Origin: Girardia tigrina
Lineage: Eukaryota
DNA: 49,294 bases
Assembly: GCA_001938485.1 (NCBI GenBank)
Contig: MQRK01218860.1
Span: 64,625-113,918, forward strand
Direction: 5' to 3'
Position 1 is the stretch's first letter. The number at the start of each line of letters is the position of its first letter. Positions 1 to 12,829 of this stretch are shown piece by piece. The notes beneath the pieces are model-generated. The model was not told the origin of the DNA. It did no database searches and saw only the letters and a program-made list of their open reading frames with translations. Both the position numbers and the translations under genes were made by a program.

Positions 1-482
1 AAAATTTATCAGAACCGCTGGAGGATACCGGAACAGCTGAAATTTGTGAAAAAGTTCGTTATGATAAACTAAAGCTGGGATGGAAAAAACTTAAAGAATT
101 GGAAAATGTTATTGAATATTTGATGTTCATCAAGTTTAGAATGCAATTTAATAATTTTTTAAGGAAGGAAGTTAAATTTGGGAAAACAATAACTGATTAT
201 TTTAAAAAAATTGGAATAAATTTTATTTAGTTTTTCGATGTTTTTTAATTTTTGGGTGGTTTTTGGTTTTTGGGGCAAAATTTGATATTTTTTGTCCCAA
301 AAGCGAGGGTGGACTATATAGGTAATTTTACTTCTCACTAAGCAATTCTAAAAGTAAAATTATTTAATTTTTAATTCAACCCTTTGTGAATTCGGTCATT
401 AAATATATCAAGCTTGGATTCAAATAATTAATGAATTGCAGGTTTTCATCGACGATAAAGTAAACATTTTTTTTAAACATAG

Positions 483-724
483 GAAGTCGTGAAAACAGCG
501 CTAAGCAAAGTCGTAAGAGTCATAAAAACATGCAATCAGCTTTGCAAGATCTGGACGCCGAACTGCAGTCCATGAGTGAAGGAGGAAATCTTAATCCTTC
601 TAACATCACGTATTCGGATCCGCTTGGTCCCGAAGCTGAAAGACCGAAAACGGCCAGTCGAGGTCGAAATATACACGATGAGTTCGCCGATGCAGAACTC
701 GATGATAATATGTTACCGGACTGA
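483..724 (+). CDS. ift88: Terminal coding exon of intraflagellar transport protein 88
   Basis: Acceptor ...catAG at 481-482, then an open frame SRENSAKQ...TYSDPLGPEAERPKTASRGRNIHDEFADAELDDNMLPD*. This matches the IFT88 C-terminus recalled from vertebrates (YVDPLGPQIERPKTAAKKRIDEDDFADEELGDDLLPE). Upstream exons lie outside the window. Confidence 0.9.
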
Positions 725-748
725 TTGACGATTTGTCTCATGAACATT

Positions 749-758
749 AATAAATAAA
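749..758 (+). promoter_or_regulatory. Candidate polyadenylation signal(s) AATAAA for IFT88
   Basis: aataaataaa about 25 nt after the stop codon, followed by T-rich sequence. Such hexamers are common in this AT-rich DNA. Confidence 0.4.
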
Positions 759-1529
759 TTTTTGATTTCATTAAGTGATTCATTCAGTTATTTATTTTTT
801 TGGTTTTTTTTCGGTCTTTTATTAAATGTTTTTTTTGTTCGAAAATCAGAAACAAATAACAATGTCGATGTTTAATAACGGCAATTAATCAATTTTCAGT
901 TCTGTGACAGAAATAATTAATGGATTCTCTTTTATTTCCATAAATATTATTCATCAATCTTTGTGGCCGTTTTCAGAGCTCTTAATGTACTAATAGGTTC
1001 TGTGAAAGAGTGAGCGACAATAAATCATTGGCATTGTTCCCTGTAAATTGAGATCGATTGAGTCGTCTGTGACATATCGTGGTACCATCTGTTGAACTGA
1101 TCCGTTCTTGGAGCTACTTCCATCAGCCCTTCCTTGACATCCACTCGTTATTCTGCTACATGACACAAATATTCTTTGTACTTATTATCTTTCTTTTCGT
1201 CCTTTGAAAGAACTATTGTAGATCTCTCAGTGACACTATCATTAAAAAACACTCATAAATTCACCCATCCATCGATTAACGTGGCTGGTACATTCCCAGA
1301 ATAATAGCGTAAATCGAAACGCAGAATCTAAACAAAAATTTGAGGATTTGTTCTCGAAAACTTAAAATCGTGGTCATCGAAACTTGGAACTCATTGAAAA
1401 CAGAAAACGCATTCAAAAATCAGCGTAAATTTTTACAGACTATTACGAACATGAAGTTTTAATGATAAGATACACAAACTACAAATATCCTTATATTCCT
1501 GGCTTGTTCTCTCTCGCTGTCAACTTCAT

Positions 1530-2260
1530 TTAGGTAATTAATTGCTGGTTTTTATTTTTCGTATTTTTTTCATAAGTTAATTATACTGAACACAATAGTT
1601 GTTTACTTCTGGGAAATTTAACAGCACGCTAAAATTTGGATCAATACTTAAAATTGAGTTTATACATTTTCTAGAAAAATGAAGAGCGTCCCCGAATGTC
1701 TTTGTAGTGAACGCATTTTCCTCAGTAGCTTCGATAACAAAATCGGTTTCCGGATCAGTTCAATTACTAAACTTATTACATTCTTCTTCATCTGTTTCCT
1801 GTTCTGTAAAATATTCTCTTACATCGTCACCATTCAAACCAGTAAAACCATCTAATTCTTGTGACATATCTTTAATACCGAAAATTTCGCATCCACGGTT
1901 GGAATTAGATTACCTCAATCATTGTTTCTTCAAACTAGCGTTTAGGGTAAATCTTTTTTTTCAAATTTCAATAACTTTATCTACTTTATCCAATATGTAA
2001 TCTTAAGTTCGCCTGATATAATAAGTTTTGAAAGTGGTTATTTTACCTTGATTTAAAGACTCTATTAAAAACAAAGTGTTAAATGTGATGCCTTAATTTT
2101 TGTGGATGATCTGCAGCATTATCTAAAAGTAGTAGCACGTTGGATGGCAGTTGTTTGTCATGTAATTTTAAGCTTTTTGGACAAAACATTTGTGAAATTA
2201 ATCAGCCAACAACGACGCAGGCATCTAAGCTCTTTAATGAGCTCTTTAATGAGATTATGT
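1530..2260 (-). mobile_element. Degenerate Tigger/pogo-type (DDE_1) transposase relic
   Basis: Minus-strand fragments FHKCFVQ..., KQLPSNVLLLLDNAADHP, LIESLNQGKITTFKTYYIRRT and an acidic tail (GFTGLNGDDVREYF...ETDEEE) resemble the Tigger motifs LLLDNAPGHP / QPLDQG..TFK.YY.RRT. Many stops and frameshifts. Confidence 0.75.
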
Positions 2261-2389
2261 ATCGAGTACGTTTTTCTAATTTTTCGAATCCCCTTTTGTT
2301 GACCTAAAAATCTAATTTTAATGCAATTTTCCTAGTTTTATTTCATAATGTGTCGTAATGTTACAGCAATATATATCAGTTAGTCGGTT

Positions 2390-2810
2390 TTAGGAAAGAC
2401 GTTTCGAATTGGTTCCGAATTGTGGCGCTATCACCTCCGAACGTGTTTCTAACAAGTTGAAGTATAAGTATCCGGCTCTTATCAGCCGAAAGAACGTCTT
2501 GATGCAGCAATATAATGCTAAGCCGGACACATCTAAGAAAATCATGGACAAATTCCAAGAAATGGATGGAGCCTAGGTTCTGCAGCATTCATCCTACAGT
2601 CCAGACTACAACTCATCTGATTATGGTCTCTTCTATTCAATGCAACATTTGATGAAAGGTTGCAAAATTCAATCAAAGGATGAAGTCAAAGAAGCATTCT
2701 ACCTATTCCTCGATTCAAAGAAGCTAAAATGGTACTACTAGCAGATCTTTTAGCTAGCATATCGATGGCAAATGGTTGTGGATAATGATGGCATGTACTT
2801 TGATGAATAA
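2390..2810 (+). mobile_element. Degenerate mariner transposase C-terminal relic
   Basis: VLMQQYNAKPDT...VLQHSSYSPDYNSSDYGLFYSMQH...RWQMVVDNDGMYFDE* with internal stops; contains the YSPD motif. Confidence 0.85.
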
Positions 2811-3906
2811 TTTTTGTCATGTAAATTATGAACTGTTAATTTAAACTTTCATCTCGCCAGAATAATTTATTATTTTTTTAATTTAAAAGGTAAAATATTT
2901 TAATGTTAATATGCCTTTTAAATATTTTAAAATTAAAAATGATGTAATAAAACAACTATTAAAAAATCAAATACGTATTTAAAAATAAAATATTTTTTTA
3001 ATGTGTTCTTTTAAATATCTTAAAAAAATAAAAATAATATAATAAAAGAAAATCATAAAAAAATTAAGTATCTATTTAAGAATAAAAAATATTTTTTTTA
3101 ATGTATCTATTAAATATCTTAAAATTAAAAATGATAAGAAAACCATTAAATGTTAAATATTTATTTATAAATAAAAATATTTTTACAATTTATATATTTT
3201 AATAAAAGTTATGAAACAATTTTAAATAAATTTTAAAATAAATTTTTAGTTTTAATGTGAAAAGTTTTTTAATAAATTTACAAGATTTTAAAAATTGAAT
3301 CGAAAAGAATTTAATAGATTAATTTGTGACGAGATAATTAAATTAACAGATAAATTTGTTTAAATATGTGAATTGTTATATAAATAAATTTTGGTGTTAA
3401 AATAATGAATTCAGATATTGATGTTGCAACCACTTCTCACATAAATAATATTTTGCAACAAAATATATTTTTTCTATGGTGTATTTAGACTTTTAGGCCA
3501 ACCTAATAGTTCACGAAGTTTAAGGATCACGTTCCGTTGTAATTTAATTATTTCCTTAGTAATTAGACTAACAATTAATTATTTCTAAATTAAATTGAAG
3601 TGCTTAAATGAGAAATAGAGCATTTACAAAATACATTTTGAACAAATAGATATAACAATGAAAGTATATAAAATTCTTAACATTTATTATGATCATGATT
3701 ATATATCTTGTCCATTTGGTTTACATGAATATGGAAACGAACATGTATTTATAGTAATTTTTCGTGTACACCATATTAATTTTCTTACGAAAACTTCTAA
3801 CACAACACTTTGTTTCTAAAGAAAAGAAAAAAATCAAAAAGTTTCACAAAATGCAAGTTACATTATGTCATGACATGAATGTATGAAATGTCAACACAAA
3901 TTTTAT

Positions 3907-4300
3907 TTAATAAAATGCACAAGCATTATAGCACGATTCTCGCTGATTGAACTGAGGAAATTCTGGTTTGCAATTATATGATAATTTCTTGCGTTTTCTT
4001 TCACGAACTCCTTGTCCGCAACGAGAGGAACACGATGACCATTCAGACCAATTCGAGTACTTGCATTTTGTGATTGTTTTTTGCATTGAACATTTCTCTA
4101 ACTGACAATTTCTTGAATCATTTAACTCTTCGTTGCATTCTCCTTCTTTCTCGATGACTGAACGAAATCTTGTTTGTAAAGTTCTGCAGTCATCTTCACA
4201 AGATGTCCATTCTGACCACTGGGAATATTGACAACTTGATTTAGCTGCTACAGGTTGAGTCGGCCAATTTGTCGATTGAGATTCCATACTTAAACAAACT
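3907..4300 (-). CDS. spon1-like: Spondin-like terminal exon: end of Kunitz 2 plus two TSP1 repeats
   Basis: Acceptor tcttcAG at 4302-4301. (K)VCLSMESQ...CQYSQWSEWTSCEDDC..RFRSV..C and CKYSNWSEWSSCSSRCGQGVRERKR..C; stop at 3907-3909. Confidence 0.92.
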
Positions 4301-4495
4301 CTGAAGAGGAAAAATATATGAATACAAATTGAAAAATATCATTCGAACAAAGAGAACTATATAAAAAACGAATATTTTAAATGATACAAATAATTTTAAT
4401 CCTTATTAAAAAACAGATATGTAAAAAAACGTCCGTCTGTGAATCCGCTCTCAGAAATAAAACGAAAGAATTAAAAATAATATACACAATATTTG

Positions 4496-5239
4496 TCTAA
4501 AAAGTGTGTTGGTTTGTTTGTTTGTTTGTCAGTCACGCTTTTCAATGTGAAATTGCGGACGAACCAGAGTGAATCCATTTAAGATCGTGGTTAATCTGAA
4601 TAGCCCGCATCAAAACAATTTTGTCAGTGTAGCGCCTTTGTCGAAAGACGCCCGGAAGCCGATGAAATCGATCGAAAACCGTTCAAGTCGTAAAATGGTT
4701 AAATTACCACCGATTTCGAATAATGACGATTTTGATGATTCCTACACGGATTTTCGTGAAAAGTTTTATGAAATTATCATTAAATACTATTTTATTAGAT
4801 AAATGATGAAGTTTATCACTTATTCACTAATTATTTTGCTAAAAATCGATTTTGTAGAAATTACAAATTTTCGTTATTAAGAAATAGTATCAACAAATAA
4901 AATGCAAAATGGCGGAGGAAGCGGACGTGGTCAATAGCCCGCATCAATACAATTTTGTCGGAGTATATATGCTGATAAAATGAGAAATATTGGATGAAAA
5001 GTTATTGAATCCGCGTAAAGTTGAGATAGCTCTGCGCAGTCCGCATCGAGAAGGTTCTGTCTGTACAGCGCCTTTGCCGAAAGGCCCTGGGAGCCGATTT
5101 AATTGACTGATTCTTAAATTAACTCAGAATTCAAAACAATTAATAATAAAGTATAATAATTACGATTTAAAAATTAAAACAGAAACTTTCAAAGTCGAAA
5201 ATTCAGCTCACCAGTCATGTATGACGGGTATTTTTCTAG
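4496..5239 (+). mobile_element. Non-autonomous Helitron-like element
   Basis: 5' TC followed by a (GTTT)n tract. The 3' end has the hairpin acc(a)gtcat-gt-atgac(g)ggt followed by ttttCTAG|T at 5236-5240. The 5' boundary is uncertain. Confidence 0.65.
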
Positions 5240-5835
5240 TGATTTAATAATTATCTTAGTATCAATAAACTGTTAAAACGGTAGGAATAAAAAGCTATCG
5301 TTAATGACGCAAAAAATGTTAAACTGATTGGAGAGATAATCTATTAAAATAGTTACTTCGATTACGAACTTTGATATTGATTGCTTGACGTTTTTTATTT
5401 GATTGAGAATGTTTTTCTTTATAAGTAAGCCAACTTGGTTTTCGATATTTCTATCAGTATCTGATTGAAAATAAACAAAGGCACTTTGAATTAGAATTTG
5501 GATTGTATAATTTTGCTTCTATTCTCAGTAATTTAGATTGCTCACGAAAATGATTGTTAATCTTTCTGAGATCGAACAGAATTGTCGTTTAGGGTTTCTT
5601 TGTTTTTAAATTTTTTAAACTTTCTTATTAATTATTTTTTTCCCTGTGAGCAAAATTATATTGCCCTGTTGGTACATAAAATACACAATAAAAAATTAAA
5701 AATTATATTTGCCTAACAGAGTTCGACCCGCATTAAGCATGGATATCAAAAATGATTGTTTGATTTACCAGTTAGATTTTAAATCGGTTTACTGGACATT
5801 AATTATTTTTAAATTTATTTTTTTGCATAATATAC

Positions 5836-6102
5836 ACTACTCATAATTTATAAATAGATCTTTATATGCTAATATTGTTCAGGAACTCCGATGGGACCGT
5901 TTTGTTCAAATTTGGAGTACTTAAAATGTTTTTTGATCAAATGTTCAGATTATCATTTATTGTCATTGAAAATGAGAAAATGTGCAAAGTTTGGAGAAAT
6001 TGATTGAGTAAAAGGTCTTCCGAAATAGGTTTCCAAAATCCATAAATACATACATATATAAATACATATAGAAAAAGAGAAAACAAGCTAATAAAAAGAA
6101 TG
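5836..6102. repeat. Dispersed repeat copy A (DINE-1/Helentron-associated-like, inferred)
   Basis: Aligns by eye to 19796-20069 (aatattgttc.ggaactccga...tcatttattgtcat...gattgagtaaaagg...(AT)n...agctaataaa). Confidence 0.7.
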
Positions 6103-7044
6103 TAATTATATAAAAATATCAATAGTTACTATCATCTAATTAATAAAATATTTGTTATATCTAAGGATTAAAATATGTAATTTAACAGTTCTATAATATA
6201 TTTTTAATTATTATGTTAGAAAATCTAATAAAAAATACAATTAATTTGTTGAAAAATTATTTCAAAACTAAAATCTATTTTTTTTATATGCGGGTTATAC
6301 ATCAGTGCGATTTATGCATCAAAAGCATTTTAAAAATTTAAAAAATGTTTAAAAATTCATACCTGTGGGTTATATACCAGTGCGGATTATCTGACGATAA
6401 ATACGGTATTATTTATATTATAGAACTTGGGGCCAATCGTTTGATGGCGGCGGATTAATGAATTGCTCATCAAACGGTACTGGGCCAGAGAGACCACTTT
6501 GTGACAATAAAAATCAAACAAGGTAACAAAGTACACATGTAGATCACTACAGTAATGATATCGGTAAGGTCTTTGAAATAGAAATATTGGGGTACATAGA
6601 TAAATTATTAATATTATCTGTTTATTAATATATATTTTAGCAACTTTAAATATTTATAATATTTGTGAAATATAAAAATTTGCTATATAAAAATATATAA
6701 ATTAAAATTTTAGAGAAAATAAAATAAAATATCATATTTGTTTTTCTCAAAAGACTCCACAAATTTGTCTGTTTGTTCTCGGGCAACAGAAACAATAAAG
6801 TCAATAGAACGAATCTCGACATTTATATTGAAACATTTAATTTGTAATAATATATTTGCAACGTTATTAATAAAACGCTTTTGTATAAATGAATATAATT
6901 GTTTTTTAAAATTTTATTGTCTCGGGATTTTATTAAATTATTAAACTATTTTTATCAATAGAAGTATTATATACATAAAAATATTCATACATCTTGATAG
7001 CATGAGCCAAACGCAAATCGTATTAATATTTTACAAATTTAATA

Positions 7045-8329
7045 TTAGGGTGAACCAAAAGTCTTTTCGTATTTTTTATTAAAAATTTAAACATAATTTT
7101 ACAACAAATAAAAAACATTTAAGTTTCAAAGTAAAGGCCATTTGAATCTATAGCTTGAACCCATCTATGGGCAAGTTGTGCGATCCCGCTGCGGTACCCA
7201 TCCTTGTTCTTAGAAGCGAAGAACTGGTGACACCCATTTTCGACCTCGGCCAGATTATTGAAGCTGCGACCACGAAGAAAGTGTGCCATAGAGCGGAAAA
7301 GGTGATAATCGGATGGCGCAAGATCCGGACTATACGCTGGGTGTGGAAGAAGTTCAAAGGCATCGAGATTTTTGATTTCTTCCTTTGTTTATTTGACGGT
7401 GTGCGGTTTTGCATTGTCCTGTTGTAGAAGAACTCGCTTTCGATTGATCAAAGCGGGGTATTTCTCGCCAAGTACCGCATACATTCGATCAAGTTGGGCG
7501 CAGTAAAGGTCAGCGTCGATGGTATGACTATTTGGAACCAGCTCGAAGTGAATCACGCCTTCGAAATTCCACCAAACACACAAAAGTGCCTTCTTTGAGA
7601 AACGATCTCGTTTCGCTACCGGTTTCCCCATTTGTCCGGGGTCAAACCATTGATTTTGTTGGTCTGGATTACTGAAGTAAACCCACTTTTCATCGCAAGT
7701 TACAATTCGACGGATGAAACGGTCATCGCGCGGATTTTCAAGCAATTTTTGACAAGTTTCGAAACGCTTTTCGGCTTGAATTTGTGTCAATTCATGAGGC
7801 ACTTCTCGACATCGTCTATTGACCTTGCCAAGAGTGTTAAGGTGTCGTACAATAGATATTTGAGGAATATCAAGTTCGGCCGACAATCTGCAAGTACTTA
7901 TTGACGGATTTGTCTCGACGGCTTCACGAATTACGCCGAAATCTACGGTGATAGGTCGGCCTGAACGTGCGTTGTCTCTGAGGTCAATATCGCCTTCGTT
8001 GAACCTTTTGAACCAATTTTGTGCAGTAAGATTTGAGACCACATTATCGTCTTCAACTTCGCATATTTTCTTTGTTGCTGCAGTTGCGTTTAAGCCCTGT
8101 TTCCAGTAATGGCGTAAAAGAACACGAATTTCAAAATTTTCTATGATTTTTCTAAAAGTCCATAAAAATTATATTAACGACTAATTAGAAGTTTTAATAT
8201 ATATTGTGATAGAGCAGTTCAAGAGCTTTAAAAACATAACACATGTATACAAAATATCTTTATTTGGTAATAAGAAACAATTGAACAAAAAGACGTAGAA
8301 ACTACGAAAAGACTTTTGGTTCACCATAA
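7045..8329 (-). mobile_element. Full-length mariner element (1285 bp), transposase inactivated
   Basis: 27-bp TIRs (tta(g/t)ggtgaaccaaaagtcttttcgta) with TA on both sides. Transposase runs from about 8160 to 7119 with HTH, VTCDEKW, QQDNAKPH and YSPDLAPSDYHLF. In-frame TAA at 7389-7391 and a damaged start. Confidence 0.95.
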
Positions 8330-9429
8330 TATATAAAATTTTAAAATAATAAACGTTTTAATATACATTTGGATAATCTAAAAAAGTTTCCGTTACTTAA
8401 AAAAAAGAAAAATATTTAAAAAGACAAACTGAAAACATTTTTTGTTTATTCATTTTGTATTTATTAAACATTTACGAGAAATTATTTACCTGTTTTGGCA
8501 ACAAATTCGACGAAATATTTCTCTATGTCAATAGAAAAACTCTAAGGGTGTATAATAATATTTAAAAAATAATAAAATAAAATTATTTTAAAATATCTTT
8601 CAAAAAAATAAACAACGATATCCGATATAACAATGAATATAACAGAGAAGGAAAAGGAAATATTGTAAAATAAATTAATCTTGTTAAAATAAAAAATGCA
8701 TCTATGAAAATTCATATCCATATTTCTATAATTATGTGAAATAAAAATGAATAATTTTAATGCAATATTTTTATTAATTTTAATATTATTATTATTATTA
8801 TTATTGTTTATTAATATGTGTTTGTATTCATTTTATCTTCTCGGTGCCAATTTTAATCAAAGCCTTTGAATCAATGAATTAATTCATCTTCCTGTTAGGC
8901 AATAATTATTGCAAAAAATCTTTTATATGTAAAATTCTTATTATTCTTTTTTGAAAATATTAAATCGAAATTTGTGTAATACAAGTTTAATTTTTTAAAA
9001 GTAATAAAAAATAATATTTAATTTTAAAAATCAAAAAATAGTCAAAAAAGTTATTAATAATTTCTTTCAAGTATGAAAAACGTATATTAATAAATCCATT
9101 CCAAAAATTATTCTCTCAATCCATTACTTAAAACGAAGACGATTTTATTAATTTCTAACTTAATCAAAAATTAATTTTATTTTAACTTTGAAAGACATTT
9201 TAGAAAATGAAAAAATAGTATCAATACACAAATGAAGAATATACAAAATAAAAAAGTATAAATAAGAACTTAATGTTCAATAGTGATCTTATGACATAAG
9301 ATAAAAAATATCTTATTTTTTGTTTGTGAGATATTACAAATTTAAATTAAAAAATTGAATTATTACGTCACATAAAATTTCTAATTTTTATTCTGACTAT
9401 TACTAGGTCAAGAAGAAGGTCTTCCTTTG

Positions 9430-9464
<35 letters not shown>

Positions 9465-10075
9465 GTATGAACATATCTATTTTTTTTATAAAAAAATACA
9501 ATTTAGAATCAATCTTGGTTTTCTTACAATATTAATTTGCTAAGATTAAAGGTCATCCAATATTAAAGAATCTAAAGTAAGAGTCTTTATAAAAAGAATT
9601 TCAAATAAGCCAAATCCTTTTTAAACCGAATTCTTTTTTATTCTTTAGTCGGCACTATTCATCACAATTTTGTTTTTCTCGTCGATCAAGAGTGTTATAA
9701 TAAGGGTTATACTTAAATTTAGACTTATGGTTAAGGTTACTTTAGAATTTAGAATAATTTCATTCTTTTTTAGAAATTAAAAACTTTTTTTACATAGTTC
9801 AATAATAAAGTAGGTGTGATGAATCAAAGCAAATAAAAGTTTGTTAAATTGTATGCAAATCGTTATTATATTTGTCAAATTGTTATTTTTTGAAAAAATT
9901 GTTTTGTTTGTAAATTTTTGACTGCAACATAATCCAATAATCTCATATAAAAGAGTAATTAACAAAAACTTTCCAAAAAACAAGTTCTAAAAAATAAAAA
10001 TTTATTATAGAAAAGAAATCGTAGAAGTATAAAGGTAACAAGCAACTCGGTACTTGGTCGATTTAGCCTTCGCTT

Positions 10076-10646
10076 TGGCCATAATTCACCAGCCACCCCT
10101 AAAAATACTTGTACGATCGGAAGCTTCCCTCAACCAGACGTCGAAGAATTGTTCGTGCGCTAGGCCATTTATCAATGTTAACTGGAAGATCAGCTTGTAT
10201 TCCGCGTGAACCAGCAAATTGATTGATTTTGCAGGATCTCAAAATGGCTCGATCTGTCACCTTGCTTGTAATACGCGGCCTTCCACTGCTTTTCGTATAG
10301 GCGCCGGTGGCTTGATGAAGACGGGGAGTGTCGGCTACTGCAGCGCGGCTAATATTGAATCGCAGAGCAATTGCACGGTTCGAGACTCTTGTGTCGTGTT
10401 AAGCAACGATATGTGCCCTTGGGTAAAAGTTGGGTAAAAGTTGGTTGCCAGTCATGTCGGAATAGTCAAAAATACTTGACACAAATACTTTAATATATCA
10501 TAATAGCATAGTGGGAATGATATTAAAGCTGTATTCTTATCGGATGTTGGTTAAGTACATTATTTATATGCACTTACACACACACGCACGTAGATATTAA
10601 TTTTCTTTAAAAGGCAAGGGTGGCCGGTGAATTATGGTCACGACTG
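10076..10646 (-). mobile_element. Internally deleted Tc1-like element
   Basis: TIR cagtcgtgaccataattcaccggccaccc with TA on the right; truncated copy on the left. Internal minus-strand HTH fragment SNRAIALRFNISRAAV...SGRPRITSKVTDRAILR...SARTILRRL. Confidence 0.8.
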
Positions 10647-11284
10647 TATATCCGATTATTGACAATAGATATAAGTTTTCTAATAAAATTTTAAAATAAT
10701 TATTTTTTTATAATAATTAATATTGTAATGAAATAAATGGGTTAAATCTAATATATTTTTTATAAATATGATTTTGAGTAATAGCAAAAACTTTTTTTGA
10801 TATAAATGGTGTTGATCGAAATTGAGTCAATCAAAAAGATCTGTACATGACACAAGTGATGCTGGAAGGATCAACTTTTAATAAGATCTCAATTCATTAA
10901 ATTAAAACTGACAAATAAAAATTTTACTTACTTAAACATTAAAAAAAGATATTTTAATATAAACCTTTAAAAGAATAAAAGTTTCCCTAATGCATTAATA
11001 TAAAATATTTTCAGAAATAATTCATTACATTACGAAAATGTTTTTATTTTTAACGCAATTTTTTCTTTACAATTTTTCCATGAAAAAGGTATTTTTATTT
11101 CTCTTAAGATTCCCAAAGAATTTCAATGCCTAAAAATGTACATCTTTCGTGGTCTCTTAGGTTTCTGAAATAGTTTTTAATCTAAAACTTGAATAACAAG
11201 CAGAGTTCGAAGCTCTGGGGACGGATAGAAATATGGACGCAAAATTATCCATTCTCGATTTACAATTTTTTAAAATATTCAAAT

Positions 11285-11560
11285 TTCGCCAAAAATTTCA
11301 TATGAAAATGCTAATGATGTGATAGAAGATTTCAGAAATAGATTAAAAAAGAATGGGTATAATGTAAATTATATCAATAAGTTAATTAAAGATTCTCTTG
11401 ATTCTATTTATCTAAATTCACAAAATAACACTTATGACAATCAAACAAATGCTACCTTAAAAATACCATCCTCTGAGGTAGCAAATGATTATAAAAAGTC
11501 ATTAATCTAAAGAAATTCCAAAAATTTTAAGTATAAATTAATTTTTAATATTAATATATC
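11285..11560 (+). mobile_element. Penelope-like element fragment (RT thumb/linker region)
   Basis: FRNRLKKNGYNVNYINKLIK...LKIPSSE parallels the PLE L..NGY..I and L.IPY motifs, and VLTVPYSEG in the element at 33140. Confidence 0.55.
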
Positions 11561-11589
11561 TGATAAAACATGAAATAAAAACCACGTGA

Positions 11590-12395
11590 AAACCAATGAA
11601 CATCAAGCCGTACCGATATCCATAAAACCTACCAGTCAAAAGTGGAAGAGGCCATAAGTAATTTAGAAGAAGTCAGAATAATCTGATTTTTGACTCACCG
11701 TTGAAAATACCACTAGTGTGGGCGTGGAAAATAATACGAGTTCGATCAGAATATGCACGAATATCAGAAAATTAAATCAGGTGTCACAGGCAAACACTCC
11801 TGATTCCTGGCTTGGCCGAGCTGATGGATAACTTGCACGGTACTCAATATTTTAGCACAATCGATCTTGGGTACACTTATTACAATGTAGAGTTAAAAAA
11901 GGAATCACAAGGTAAAACAATAATCTCTACAGAGACTAGTCAATTAGGTTTTCAAAGAATGCCGTTTGGTAAAGTCTCTGTTGTAGGGACGTTCCGAGTG
12001 TTGATATATTTAAAGGAAATAATTATAGTGACAGAAACCGAGAAGGAACATCACAAAATGTTGGACCAAGTTTTCAATGAATTGAAGAAGCTGGATTGAA
12101 AATAAAACCTTCGAGATGCAAATTCTTTACAAAAGAAGTGAGGTTTTTGGGACATTTAATGAACAAAAGAAGTATTACATGATACTGCCTAAGACGAAAT
12201 CTATTGCTGACTTCCAAAGGCCGAAATTTGTGAAGAAATTGAGGGGTTTCCTGACATTTGTAATTATTGTAGACAATTTATAAATAATTACTCTAAAAAA
12301 ACCAGGGCACTCGAAGGATTGTGCGGACAGTCAAATAGACAGGGATGAACACGAGTGAACAAGCGTTCGATGATTTAAATGCAGATACCGTGAAA
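11590..12395 (+). mobile_element. Ty3/Gypsy reverse transcriptase relic
   Basis: RICTNIRKLNQ, YFSTIDL..YY.VEL, FQRMPFG, degenerate IYLKEII (the YLDD position), EHHKMLDQVF, LKIKPSRCKFF..EVRFLGH. Frameshifted. Confidence 0.88.
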
Positions 12396-12399
12396 TCCC

Positions 12400-12730
12400 T
12401 TCTTTTACTACCAGAATGACACAGCATCTTGTGAGCGTCTTCCACGAATTCTGTCCTTATGGATATCGGAATCCAATATTTGTTATCTATTCTTGTTGCA
12501 ATATCGTCTTTCAGTATACATTTCTTTGTTCTTCCCATTCTAATATCTTCACTGATCTGATTTATTTCGTCATTATCTTTCTGCCACTTGAACTTTTTTG
12601 ATTCCTCGTCTAAAGCCAAGATTTGTGTTTTAATCTTTCCTTTCTTAGCTTCTTCGCGCATTGTTTGACACTGACTACATAATTCACAAGAATTTCTAGA
12701 CATTCCATTCCAGCAGTGTTTTCTGCTTTT
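12400..12730 (-). mobile_element. Gypsy RNaseH-integrase linker / integrase zinc-finger start, inverted relative to the adjacent RT
   Basis: SRNSCELCSQCQTM...KYWIPISIRTEFVEDAHKMLCHSG contains the integrase HHCC first half (H...CH.G). Confidence 0.7.
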
Positions 12731-12829
12731 TCGATATTTATGAGGTGTAACACCGCAAAATGTGTCTTGCGTAAAATATACGTCTCAGTATGTCTCAGTT
12801 ATTTGGTTATTTTTTACTAAGTGCTTAAA

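Noticed and set aside
960-1330. Exon-like minus-strand stretch after a tttag acceptor
   Set aside because: No consistent long frame or recognisable motif; cannot be assigned.
2890-3200. Imperfect AT-rich tandem units
   Set aside because: Low complexity, with no spacer/repeat regularity; not CRISPR-like.
6288-6408. Repeated gcgggttatac..cagtgcg motifs ending aaatacggta (pogo-like MITE end)
   Set aside because: No matching second terminus found.
7148-7904. Overlapping ORFs on alternative frames and strands of the mariner
   Set aside because: Shadow ORFs of the transposase.
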